The notes below the pieces were generated by a model. That model saw only the letters and a program-made list of their open reading frames with translations. It was not told where the DNA came from and made no database searches. The translations under genes and the position numbers were made by a program. 64,000 nt of DNA from a virus: IMG/VR virus record IMGVR_UViG_3300010389_000004, positions 1 to 64,000 of that record. One strand, given 5' to 3'. Positions 1-8,482 of this stretch are shown piece by piece (the stretch's first letter is position 1; each line of letters starts with the position of its first letter).

Positions 1-135
1 CTATGCACAGTCTACCACGGCAATCGGTGTCTCAGATTTTGCAGACTTCTGCACAGCGGCTCGGCGGTGAGCCACCCAGACCACTGGTTAGCCATACAGT
101 GTACGGATCCTCAGTCTTCTATGCTGCGCATAGAG

Positions 136-196
136 CAAACTGCGGCCACTTTTGTCTTTTCTGAGGGATATCAAACTGCGGCCACTTTTGCCTTTT
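136..196 (+). repeat. Pair of 25-bp direct repeats (caaactgcggccacttttgYctttt), 36-bp period
   Basis: Copies at 136-160 and 172-196, 24/25 identical, 11-bp spacer, at the primase stop. Confidence 0.85.
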
Positions 197-1205
197 ATAA
201 ACCCAACCAATCTGGCTCTTCCATCGAGCGAATTACCTCTGCTCGATACTCAACAGACCAGTCATTCCAGTCACCTTGTCGATCGCCAACAGCCAGGTAC
301 GCTTCGACACCAATACTGCGCAGATCCAGAACGATCTTCTGCGCCTCAGAGCGTGCGTCGCTGTCCAACCCCACGAACACACGACGATCAGTCCTGGAAG
401 CCAACAGAGCACGCTGGGTTTCAGACACCGACTTCCCGAAAGCAGCTACCGCATTGAAGCCCGCATCACGCACAGCCCACGCATTGAAAATACCCTCGAC
501 CAAAACAAGGTCTCGCTCTGCCCACGCCTCATCCCAGCCATACAGGAATTGCGTCTTCTTCAATTTCAAACTGTCATTAGGGGGGTTCAGGTATTTCAAA
601 TGAGAAGGATGCAACTTCGCATGATCCCACGCTTGAAAGAACACGAACGCTCCGTTGAAGAACACCGGCAGGCAGGTGCGGCCTTCGTATCGACCCTCAA
701 CGAATACCCCCGCACGCTCTTTCAGAATGCGCTCCATTGAAAACCCACGAGCTGACATAGCCAGAAGGCTTTGGTAGATCTGGTTATCGTAGAAGGGTAT
801 CCCTGTGTAACCACCGTCCGCGCAATGCCAGCGAATACCAGGCACCTGCAAGTCTTCCGCCCTGGTGCGCACTGGAGCGAGGTCTTCCTCCTCAGCGTCC
901 TCCTCGCTCACTGCTTCCAGGAATGCCATGAAGGAGTCGAAGTCCGCAGGAGAGACCTTCTTGCGGCCGCCCAGGGCCTTATACGCTGCCTCTCGATCGC
1001 AGCCCGTGATCGAGCACACCAGCGTTACAACAGACCCTTTCTCCTGACAGCGGTAACAAATAAATTGGGCTTTGGTGCTATTCACCCAAAGCCCTTTCTC
1101 TTTCCCACAGAAGGGACAAGTACAGATTAGCTCTTCGCCTGCTTCCTGGGTGAACTCCAGATTGTCAACCACCCAGGACTCAATATTCTCAGTATCCAAC
1201 AGCAT
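195..1205 (-). CDS. DNA primase (Zn finger + TOPRIM, DnaG-like)
   Basis: CPFC...CYRC zinc finger, KYLN, LYGWD, VLVEGIFN, GLDSD, GDWND motifs; start overlaps the helicase stop. Confidence 0.9.
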   Translation of the reverse strand: MLLDTENIESWVVDNLEFTQEAGEELICTCPFCGKEKGLWVNSTKAQFICYRCQEKGSVVTLVCSITGCDREAAYKALGGRKKVSPADFDSFMAFLEAVSEEDAEEEDLAPVRTRAEDLQVPGIRWHCADGGYTGIPFYDNQIYQSLLAMSARGFSMERILKERAGVFVEGRYEGRTCLPVFFNGAFVFFQAWDHAKLHPSHLKYLNPPNDSLKLKKTQFLYGWDEAWAERDLVLVEGIFNAWAVRDAGFNAVAAFGKSVSETQRALLASRTDRRVFVGLDSDARSEAQKIVLDLRSIGVEAYLAVGDRQGDWNDWSVEYRAEVIRSMEEPDWLGL

Positions 1206-2593
1206 CAGGAATACGCCCCCAAGAGTGAGTTCATGGATTGCTGAGCATCAGGCTCTTGGCGCACAGACGTCATAGCAGAGTCGGCTTCTTCCTCGGTCAA
1301 CTGCGCGACTTCGAAGTTGATTCGGAATGGAAGCTGCTGGAGCTTTTCACCTGTGCGGTGCTTCACCCAGTACATCCGCATTATGCGGTTGTGGTATTCT
1401 TCCTTCGTCTGGCAAAGAGCGATCATCACGTCAGCGATGTTTGCCTTTTCAATACAGTCAGACACGTCCTCAAGATTGACGATCTCGCTACCTTGCGATT
1501 TACGCCCGGCCTGGGTTGCGGTAATTAGCGCGAAGTCCATCGACACTGCAAGACCACGAATCTTCTGGAAGATGTCCTTCAGGCGCGAGTAATCATCCTG
1601 GCCAGGGCCATCCATCAGATCGCCGTAGTCCAAAACCACCGCCTCAACCGGAGCACCCCAACGCTGCTCAATGGATTTCAGGTATGCCCTGAGCATTGAG
1701 ACTGTCAGACCTCGCGTCGGGAATTGACGTACTGCCAGTGCTCCAACACCAGCCTGCACAAACTCTGCCCACTGACGGAGGACACCTGCGTTCTCTCGAT
1801 ACGCATAAGGGGGAATACCTGTCAGCGAGCTAATCAATTTGCAGGCGATCAGATTGGCTGATTGCTCCAAGCTGATATACACAACGCGCCTCTGATTTCT
1901 CACCAGGTCAGCAGCGAGTCCTGACATCACCGTGGTCTTGCCTGTGTTGGTCGGCGCCATGAATATCGTCATCTCACGCTTGCCAAAACCACCCGCCATG
2001 ATGCGATCGAACTTCGGGCGACCCGTCGGAAGAACCACACGGTGTTCGGGGTTCATCAGGTATTCCAGGGTACGGTCAATATCCGCCCCGAAGTCGAACG
2101 TCTCGGTGTCGGAGAGTGAAACGATATCCGATACCCGCAAGAACGAATTAGCAGCCGCAGACAGGTCTACCTCCTGGCCCGCCTTTACCTTCCCGGCAAT
2201 CTCCTTGAGAAGGATCTTCACGCGCTGCGTCCGCACCCACTGAAAGAGTTTGTCCTGGACGAACTGGCCATCGAGCGGAGGGGTAAATAGTAGCTGCTGA
2301 TTCTGGTACATCCACGACCGATACTGCGTCGCCAGATCCTCTGACTTCAGACGGCTCGCGTGCTCCTCAACGTAGTACTGGAAAATAGCAGGGCTAATCG
2401 GTGAGGCGTACTCCTGCAAAGCCTTGTAGCTGAATGACACACAGTCACTCAGGTACTTGCCGCCTAACACCTCTGAATCAAACACCTCAACGCCGGCCAC
2501 CTCGGAGACCTGTTGAGCTACGCGCATGTCGGAGTAAATCAACCGGACTACCGTTGTGGCGAAATCCGGTGGGAAGGTCTCGACGTTCATCAA
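1205..2593 (-). CDS. DnaB-like (SF4) replicative helicase
   Basis: Walker A APTNTGKT, YISLEQ, VLDYGDLM, TATQAGR, KHR motifs. Confidence 0.92.
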   Translation of the reverse strand: MMNVETFPPDFATTVVRLIYSDMRVAQQVSEVAGVEVFDSEVLGGKYLSDCVSFSYKALQEYASPISPAIFQYYVEEHASRLKSEDLATQYRSWMYQNQQLLFTPPLDGQFVQDKLFQWVRTQRVKILLKEIAGKVKAGQEVDLSAAANSFLRVSDIVSLSDTETFDFGADIDRTLEYLMNPEHRVVLPTGRPKFDRIMAGGFGKREMTIFMAPTNTGKTTVMSGLAADLVRNQRRVVYISLEQSANLIACKLISSLTGIPPYAYRENAGVLRQWAEFVQAGVGALAVRQFPTRGLTVSMLRAYLKSIEQRWGAPVEAVVLDYGDLMDGPGQDDYSRLKDIFQKIRGLAVSMDFALITATQAGRKSQGSEIVNLEDVSDCIEKANIADVMIALCQTKEEYHNRIMRMYWVKHRTGEKLQQLPFRINFEVAQLTEEEADSAMTSVRQEPDAQQSMNSLLGAYS

Positions 2594-3180
2594 ACTCTCC
2601 GCCGCAACTCACAGAGCCAGGTGTAGTACGCGGCGTCCTCCCCACACATGCGGAAGACTTCCGCCGCGTGCGGGGGGACACTGACCAAGCCAGAATCTGA
2701 GAGGAATCGAAAATCCGCGTCTGTCACCAGGAACTCCCCTGACAACAACGCGGAACAATGCTGAATAGCGTCTCTACGGTTTTGGAATACCGCCCCCATC
2801 TGGGTAACGGTGTCTTCATCGGCGGACATCCCCATGAGGATGTAATCGGCCTGCGATTCGTTGAGTACGGACCCTTGGGCTTTCTTCGCTTCACGTCGTT
2901 TGTACACATCCCAAGCGTGCGCTGAGTTCAGCCACGCAGGACCGCGATTCGACGGCTTCAGAGGAACGGTGATATCCAGGAAGCGCTCGACCGACACACC
3001 CAACGACCGACACTTGGATACGAGAGAGACGAAGGTGTTGTAGTGTTTGCTGTGGCGCGGTCCTGACTTCGGGTGCCACATGAACACGCGCTTGCCTGCA
3101 ACGTCAGATAGTCTGCCCGCGTAGTGTCTGAGCGCCTGCTCAGCCTCTTCTTGCAGAAGCATTACTGCCATGCCTGCCAT
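2590..3180 (-). CDS. Hypothetical protein, first gene of helicase-primase operon
   Basis: ATGA overlap with helicase; start moved to ATG 3180 (GAGGTG SD, downstream of the terminator hairpin). Confidence 0.7.
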   Translation of the reverse strand: MAGMAVMLLQEEAEQALRHYAGRLSDVAGKRVFMWHPKSGPRHSKHYNTFVSLVSKCRSLGVSVERFLDITVPLKPSNRGPAWLNSAHAWDVYKRREAKKAQGSVLNESQADYILMGMSADEDTVTQMGAVFQNRRDAIQHCSALLSGEFLVTDADFRFLSDSGLVSVPPHAAEVFRMCGEDAAYYTWLCELRRRV

Positions 3181-3192
3181 CGAGCACCTCGC

Positions 3193-3235
3193 AAAAAAGT
3201 TCGGCTCCCTCACCCGTCACAGGAGGGAGCCGAAC
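3193..3235 (-). terminator. Intrinsic terminator/attenuator ahead of the replication operon
   Basis: Perfect 13-bp stem gttcggctccctc/gagggagccgaac followed by U6 on the minus strand. Confidence 0.85.
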
Positions 3236-3385
3236 CAAGCCGTCCACCTGGACGACCACCAGCAAGGGCACCAAACAAGACCACGGGTGTGACGGGTATG
3301 GTCTCGCTCGCAAGATGGTGAGGACGGCTGATGGAGCAACCGTCCTCGTATGACGTTGGAGCCGTGAGGTTTCTCCGTTGCCATG
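3193..3385 (-). ncRNA. Structured leader RNA or sRNA (about 190 nt, 4 hairpins)
   Basis: Hairpins 3320-3347, 3272-3310 (4 G-U pairs only on minus), about 3239-3256, then terminator; promoter upstream. Confidence 0.6.
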
Positions 3386-3391
3386 AGTACC

Positions 3392-3450
3392 ACCCTAAGA
3401 CGAAAAGTTTAGGTGTCAAGACTTGACACAGAAAATTCTTGCGGTACTTT
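3392..3450. promoter_or_regulatory. Back-to-back sigma70-like promoters sharing a TGTCAAG-A-CTTGACA palindrome
   Basis: Plus: TTGACA 3423-3428, 16 nt, TACTTT. Minus: TTGACA 3419-3414, 16 nt, TAGGGT. Confidence 0.6.
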
Positions 3451-3506
3451 TGTCCCCCTTGCTCACTTCCGGGGATACTCACCTATCCGAGCAGTTGACA
3501 GGATTG

Positions 3507-3576
3507 CACCGCAGCCACAGGTACGATCGGAGGGACCGGAATCTCTCCTTGAGTCCAGTGGCTGCGGTGTGTTTTT
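3507..3576 (+). promoter_or_regulatory. Long leader hairpin plus U-tract just before the RBS of the HTH gene
   Basis: 12-bp stem caccgcagccac/gtggctgcggtg, inner stem ggaggga/tctctcc, then tgttttt. Confidence 0.55.
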
Positions 3577-3586
3577 GAGGGAAGCT

Positions 3587-4042
3587 ATGCAGAACCACCA
3601 GCCACCACAACCCGTCGGCACCCCGATCTCCGCGAGGGAGATCCACTCGGGGTGCTACATACCCCCCGAGGTGTTGAACGACCCGAAGCTCTCGCCGGCC
3701 GCGAAGCTCGTCTACGGTCGTCTGCGTTGGCACGCCCGAGACAAATCCTCCTGCTGGCCGGCAGTCGCTACTTTGAGTGAAGCGCTAGGCATGAACTCCT
3801 CAACGATTCATCGAGCGCTCAAGACTCTCAAAGACCAAGGCTATATCATGATCTCCGGCGCCAAGTTTCGAAACTCGACTTATACCTTCCTTTTACATAG
3901 GCGGTTCTTGAAAGCACCGTCCGATATGCAAGGTGCTCAGCACGGAGGGTATTCAGCGCAAATAACACAGCCCGTCTATTTCAACACCACTGTGAATTTG
4001 CCCCCGAATACTCAAAACCAGACTTTTGAGGGAGACCTGTGA
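3587..4042 (+). CDS. Winged-HTH protein (HTH_36-like), probable replication initiator
   Basis: IPPEVLNDPKLSPAAKLVYGRL...CWPAVATLSEALGMNSSTIHRALKTLKDQGYI; GAGG SD before ATG 3587. Confidence 0.8.
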   Translation: MQNHQPPQPVGTPISAREIHSGCYIPPEVLNDPKLSPAAKLVYGRLRWHARDKSSCWPAVATLSEALGMNSSTIHRALKTLKDQGYIMISGAKFRNSTYTFLLHRRFLKAPSDMQGAQHGGYSAQITQPVYFNTTVNLPPNTQNQTFEGDL

Positions 4043-4053
4043 GGCAGCCTCAC

Positions 4054-4165
4054 GGTGTGCAAATTGCAAGGGTGTCTTGCAAATTGCAACGGTGCCTTGC
4101 AAAAAGCGTCACTAAAAGAGAAGTAAAAGAGTAGGAAAAGGAAGAAACTTCCTTCGGAAGTTATT
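4054..4165 (+). repeat. Iteron-like 20-bp tandem repeats plus A-rich tract (putative origin)
   Basis: tgcaaattgcaagggtgtct (4058-4077), tgcaaattgcaacggtgcct (4078-4097), partial third copy, then an A/G-rich run. Confidence 0.6.
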
Positions 4166-4191
4166 GCGCGGGGCGCAACTGGAGTTTCAAA

Positions 4192-5607
4192 ATGATAGTT
4201 CGAATTCATGAAGGAAGACTGTTTTCCCGGATTGAGCTTCAAGCCCAAACCGAGGAAGAGTATTCAAACCCCATGCTTGCGGATGTAGCCGTAGCCGGAA
4301 TAAAGGAAGCGCTGACGGTATATAATAAGGACGGCGACCCATTCACCTCATTCTACCCGGAAGGGGTTCATGGCATCGCTCCACCGATGTCATTCCTGAA
4401 GGGACACACCGAGCGCCTCTGCACCTACCTCGCTGGCAGAGGTATCGGAGTGGAGTTCTACCCGGCCGACTTGATTGAGCAACGCCAGTCACCCCCGGAC
4501 TTCACCCCGCCCGTCGGGGAACTCATCAAGCTCCAGCCGTGGGCAGTGGAGAACATCGTCAAGCATCAGTACGGGATCATGAGCCTCTGTACGCGCTTCG
4601 GGAAGTCCTACGTGTACGCCGGCATGTACGTTGCACTCGGTAGGCCGCGCACGATGATGATCGCCAAGACGGTCACGATTGCTGAGCAGGTATCGCGTGA
4701 ATTGGCGAAGTGGTTGGGCGAGCCTGTCGGTGTCGTGTCGCACACGATCGGGAAAACAGCCTGGCACAACTTCAACGTCGGGATTGCGAAATCATTCTAC
4801 CCTCGAAATTCGAGTGAAATCCGTCCTGAGTATCGCCCCTTACTTGGTGGGCTTGAAATGCTCATCGTCGACGAGTGCCACTCGTTCGGATCGCAGATCC
4901 AAAGTCTGTACCACCACATGCCCGAATTGATTTGGTCTTGGGGAGGATCAGCAACTCCGTTCACCAAGGAGGTCGAGCAGCAGTTCTTGCTTGAGGGCTA
5001 CGCTGGCCCCGTGCGTATTGAGGCAAAGGCGAAGCTGTTGTCCGACTACGGGTATGTCGCCAAGCTCAACGTGTTCTGGTACCGGTTCAAGCACAGCACC
5101 CCCGAACCGAATGCCAAGTACCACGACCTCATCACCAAGCACATCGTTTTCGACGAACGCCGAAACCAACTCATCGCCAGCATCGCCTACGGTGAAATGG
5201 ACGCAGGTGGACAAGGTATTATCTTCGTCGATCGCGTCGAGCACGGCAAAGAGCTTTGCTCTCTCATCCCTGGGTCGGTGTTTGTTTCATCGACCACCAT
5301 GAACCGCAGTACGTCGAACGACACTCTGCGGCAATTCAACAACCGAGAGATTCCCGTCGTTATCACCACCAAGAAGTGGCGAGAAGGAGTTACGTTTCGA
5401 GCAGACTATGGCATCAACGCCGAAGGCGCCAACGCCGATCACGTCACCATCCAAAAGGTGGGGCGACCGTTGATGCCCAAAGAAGATCTTTCCGCCGTCC
5501 GGTGGTATGAGATTTGGGATCACGGGTTACAACCCTTTGAACGATGGTCCCAAACACGATACGCCTGTCTGCGCGATGAAGAATGGCCTCAGTCCTTTGT
5601 GGAGTAA
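4192..5607 (+). CDS. SF2 DEAD/DEAH helicase (UvsW-like)
   Basis: TRFGKS, IVDECH, GSATP, IIFVDRVEHG, QKVGR motifs. Confidence 0.88.
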   Translation: MIVRIHEGRLFSRIELQAQTEEEYSNPMLADVAVAGIKEALTVYNKDGDPFTSFYPEGVHGIAPPMSFLKGHTERLCTYLAGRGIGVEFYPADLIEQRQSPPDFTPPVGELIKLQPWAVENIVKHQYGIMSLCTRFGKSYVYAGMYVALGRPRTMMIAKTVTIAEQVSRELAKWLGEPVGVVSHTIGKTAWHNFNVGIAKSFYPRNSSEIRPEYRPLLGGLEMLIVDECHSFGSQIQSLYHHMPELIWSWGGSATPFTKEVEQQFLLEGYAGPVRIEAKAKLLSDYGYVAKLNVFWYRFKHSTPEPNAKYHDLITKHIVFDERRNQLIASIAYGEMDAGGQGIIFVDRVEHGKELCSLIPGSVFVSSTTMNRSTSNDTLRQFNNREIPVVITTKKWREGVTFRADYGINAEGANADHVTIQKVGRPLMPKEDLSAVRWYEIWDHGLQPFERWSQTRYACLRDEEWPQSFVE

Positions 5608-5614
5608 AACCAAC

Positions 5615-6970
5615 ATGGCAAAAAAGAAAAGCAGTGGTCCCGCCACTCTACGCGCCCTGAAACAGAGCTTCGTTGACCAAGGTGTTCGTCAACAAACTCA
5701 GGTCTCGTATATCCCGTTTCGGTCTGACTACCTGAACCTCTTGACGGGAGGTGGTATCCCCACCAACGGGTTCACCGAGATCTTCGGTGATCCTGGGATG
5801 TTCAAGTCCACCTTGGCGGCAGAGCTGTCAATCACCACGCTCCGCGACCTCGGTGGGGTACTGGTCATTCACGACACTGAGAACAAACTCAAGGACGATC
5901 GGTTTTCGTCTCTCGGTTTCCAATTGCCGAATGCTGAGGAGTCAGACCACTACTGGCGCTTCATTGGCAATTGGCCGAAGTACCGCCTTACGATCGAGGG
6001 TTATTTCCAGGATATGTCGCAGATCGTGTCATTGTCTCGCATGGAGGATCTGGCTCTCGCCAAGGAACGCCTACTTGACGGCACAATGCCGGATCGAGAA
6101 GTGTTCCTGTACCGAGCTTTCTGCGGGGCAAGTATCAAATCACCCGATGACGTGACGGACGCTCACCGCAAAGCGATCGAGAAGAACCTTGTCGAACCCG
6201 GACAGCTTCTTTCGCAGCACCGCCGGCTCATCTTGTCAATGATTGACTCAGCGTCTGCGTTGCCGGCAGAAGCGGAAGTTCCTGACGCGATAACGGGGAA
6301 GGTAGAGAAAGCGAACGTCGCTTTGAGGGCTGGGGTGTGGTCAGAGCAACTGCGTCGTTGGGGGTGGCTTGACGATCGAGTTGCTTGCCTACATATCGCG
6401 CAGAAAAGACTAGACCTGAAATTCAAAGGCCCGTCGTTCCAAAAAGCGGCCAGCACCACCGCGCAGAACTTTTACTACACCTTGCGCATCTCCCTGCGCA
6501 AAGCAGCGCAAGGGGCGCTGTACCGTCTCCCCGATGGCACGCTGTTGGAGCACGCAAAGGCGGAGACTGACGACAAGCACCACCAGGTGGGTAGCGTGAT
6601 CGTCGCAAAAACCGAGAAGTCGGCATTCGGTATTGGGACGAGTATTCCTTTGGTGATGTTGAACTTCTCAGGCACGGACGTCATCTGGTCAGCTTGGAAA
6701 ACGCTGCTTGCTCTGGGTCTCTTGAAACACACGAGCGGGGGATGGTACGCGTTCACGCACGACATCTTCATCCGCGAGCTTGGAGACCGAAAGGTCAACT
6801 TCCAGTCGTTCTTCGATCTGTACCGCGACCCTGACGAGGTGCAGCGTCTCGCTCGGGCCAGCATTGCCTACGTCCAATGGTTGCACACCGGCATCGTGCC
6901 AGAGACCGAGCCAACCAAGCCGAAAACTGTCAAGAAGAAGACCACCAAGAAGAAGGCTAAGAAGAAATGA
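5615..6970 (+). CDS. RecA/UvsX-like recombinase with insertions
   Basis: GGGIP, EIFGDPGMFKST, HDTEN, MIDSASAL; GGAG SD before ATG 5615; Lys-rich tail. Confidence 0.82.
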   Translation: MAKKKSSGPATLRALKQSFVDQGVRQQTQVSYIPFRSDYLNLLTGGGIPTNGFTEIFGDPGMFKSTLAAELSITTLRDLGGVLVIHDTENKLKDDRFSSLGFQLPNAEESDHYWRFIGNWPKYRLTIEGYFQDMSQIVSLSRMEDLALAKERLLDGTMPDREVFLYRAFCGASIKSPDDVTDAHRKAIEKNLVEPGQLLSQHRRLILSMIDSASALPAEAEVPDAITGKVEKANVALRAGVWSEQLRRWGWLDDRVACLHIAQKRLDLKFKGPSFQKAASTTAQNFYYTLRISLRKAAQGALYRLPDGTLLEHAKAETDDKHHQVGSVIVAKTEKSAFGIGTSIPLVMLNFSGTDVIWSAWKTLLALGLLKHTSGGWYAFTHDIFIRELGDRKVNFQSFFDLYRDPDEVQRLARASIAYVQWLHTGIVPETEPTKPKTVKKKTTKKKAKKK

Positions 6971-7485
6971 TTTCGCAGGAAGCCCTGATGGGCTGGCTGC
7001 ACGAGGAACTGCGAACGTACCCGTGCTCCTACCCATCGCTTGAAATCATCCTGTCGTTGAAATACCCGCGCCTGGGTGAGTGTTTGCATAAGCTCCCCGG
7101 CGCCGGCGCCGAGGTGTATTTCACCGACCCCGCTTGGTCGAATTACCTGGTCTCTTACGAGATTCAAACACAAGGAGCGAGAGCTGCGCAATACCACCAC
7201 GAATTCGTTACCAGCACTCTGAAGCAGATCGAACAGACACGAAGGCCTTCATCAACCCAGGAGATTCTGTTCGTGTACCTGAGCTGCTGGCGATGGGCGG
7301 CGGGAATGAACACAACCCCCTACCCTTGGTCTCAGTGGTGTGAGAGCTGGTATCAGCTATTCGAGATTCTGGTGAGAACGGACAAAGACTTCATGTCCTC
7401 CACCAGCAAGATTCACCCGAACGATTTCTGGTGGTATTTGGAACGCGTCTTTGACGGCACGCTCCTTCAGTACCTCCCAAGCTAG
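6967..7485 (+). CDS. Hypothetical protein
   Basis: ATGA-coupled to the recA-like gene, fills the operon gap. Confidence 0.7.
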   Translation: MISQEALMGWLHEELRTYPCSYPSLEIILSLKYPRLGECLHKLPGAGAEVYFTDPAWSNYLVSYEIQTQGARAAQYHHEFVTSTLKQIEQTRRPSSTQEILFVYLSCWRWAAGMNTTPYPWSQWCESWYQLFEILVRTDKDFMSSTSKIHPNDFWWYLERVFDGTLLQYLPS

Positions 7486-7492
7486 GAGCAAC

Positions 7493-8482
7493 ATGGCTAA
7501 CCTGATTATCGACATGCACAACCTGATGCATAGGGCCGCACACGCGTACTCGTCGCTGTGGAGCTATAACACCCGAACAGGGGAAAAGGAGTTCACGGGA
7601 CTCTACCACGGCATCTTCATGATGATGTCCTCCTATGTGAAGCTGTTCTCACCGGACTACATTTTCATCTGCTCTGACTTCAAGCAGCGTGACAACTCGT
7701 GGAGGCACCAACTGTATCCCGAGTACAAGGCCGCCCGGAAGAAGGACCGTAAGCCTGAAGACCAACGTAGGTACGACGCGATCAACAACCAGGCGGACAC
7801 CTTGCGCTGGATCTTCCAGCATATGCGCGTGGCGTTTCTTGAAGCCCCCGGGTACGAAGCTGACGACATTATCGCCACTCTCGTTACCCGCGAGCTTGCG
7901 GGGCAGGACAACACCATTGTCTCGACAGATAAGGACCTGTGGCAACTCACGCCGTATGCGCGAGTCTACTACCCAGGGCAGAAGAAGGTCATTGATCTGA
8001 ACCCTGTAATGTTCTCGGCTGAAGTAGCTGAGTACATCAATGCCAAGAACAAGCCTGGGGACAGAGTGCTCTATTTGAATACCCCAGAGTCGTGGGTTAT
8101 CTACCGAGCGCTGCTGGGGGACTCGTCGGACAATATCCCAAGCATCGCCGGCATGGGGCCGAAGCGCGTGAAGGAGTTCATGCTTGCGATCGACTACCGC
8201 TCGGTAGCTGAAGGCATCGAGCATGTGAAAGCCACCAACCCCAAGATGGCCGGCACGAAATGGTTCCAGGAGTTGTGCAGCGAAGAGGGACAAAGCACAT
8301 ACCACCGGAACCTGGAACTCATGCGTCTCCCGAACCCTCGGTTCACGAAGCGGCTGCCTCAGCTACGGGATACGAACTACACCCCCTACGCCAAACAGCT
8401 CTTGACCGAGTGGGCTTTGCGCTGCTTCAGCCCTGAAATGAAGCAGCTTTCTGAGTGCCTGTTTTTGCAGAGGTTTGCCTGA
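7493..8482 (+). CDS. 5'-3' exonuclease / flap endonuclease (T4 RNase H / PolI N-terminal-like)
   Basis: IIDMHN, YPEYKAAR, YEADDIIATL, STDKDLWQL, GDSSDNIPSIAGMGPKR. Confidence 0.93.
   Translation: MANLIIDMHNLMHRAAHAYSSLWSYNTRTGEKEFTGLYHGIFMMMSSYVKLFSPDYIFICSDFKQRDNSWRHQLYPEYKAARKKDRKPEDQRRYDAINNQADTLRWIFQHMRVAFLEAPGYEADDIIATLVTRELAGQDNTIVSTDKDLWQLTPYARVYYPGQKKVIDLNPVMFSAEVAEYINAKNKPGDRVLYLNTPESWVIYRALLGDSSDNIPSIAGMGPKRVKEFMLAIDYRSVAEGIEHVKATNPKMAGTKWFQELCSEEGQSTYHRNLELMRLPNPRFTKRLPQLRDTNYTPYAKQLLTEWALRCFSPEMKQLSECLFLQRFA

Noticed and set aside
136-196. Mini CRISPR array
   Set aside because: Only two repeats, an 11-nt spacer and no cas genes in the window
3217-3384. 55-aa Trp-rich leader peptide (MATEKPHG...WCPCWWSSRWTAWF) as a Trp attenuator
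   Set aside because: No SD, the composition can be explained by RNA structure, and downstream genes are unrelated to Trp; leaderless translation is not excluded
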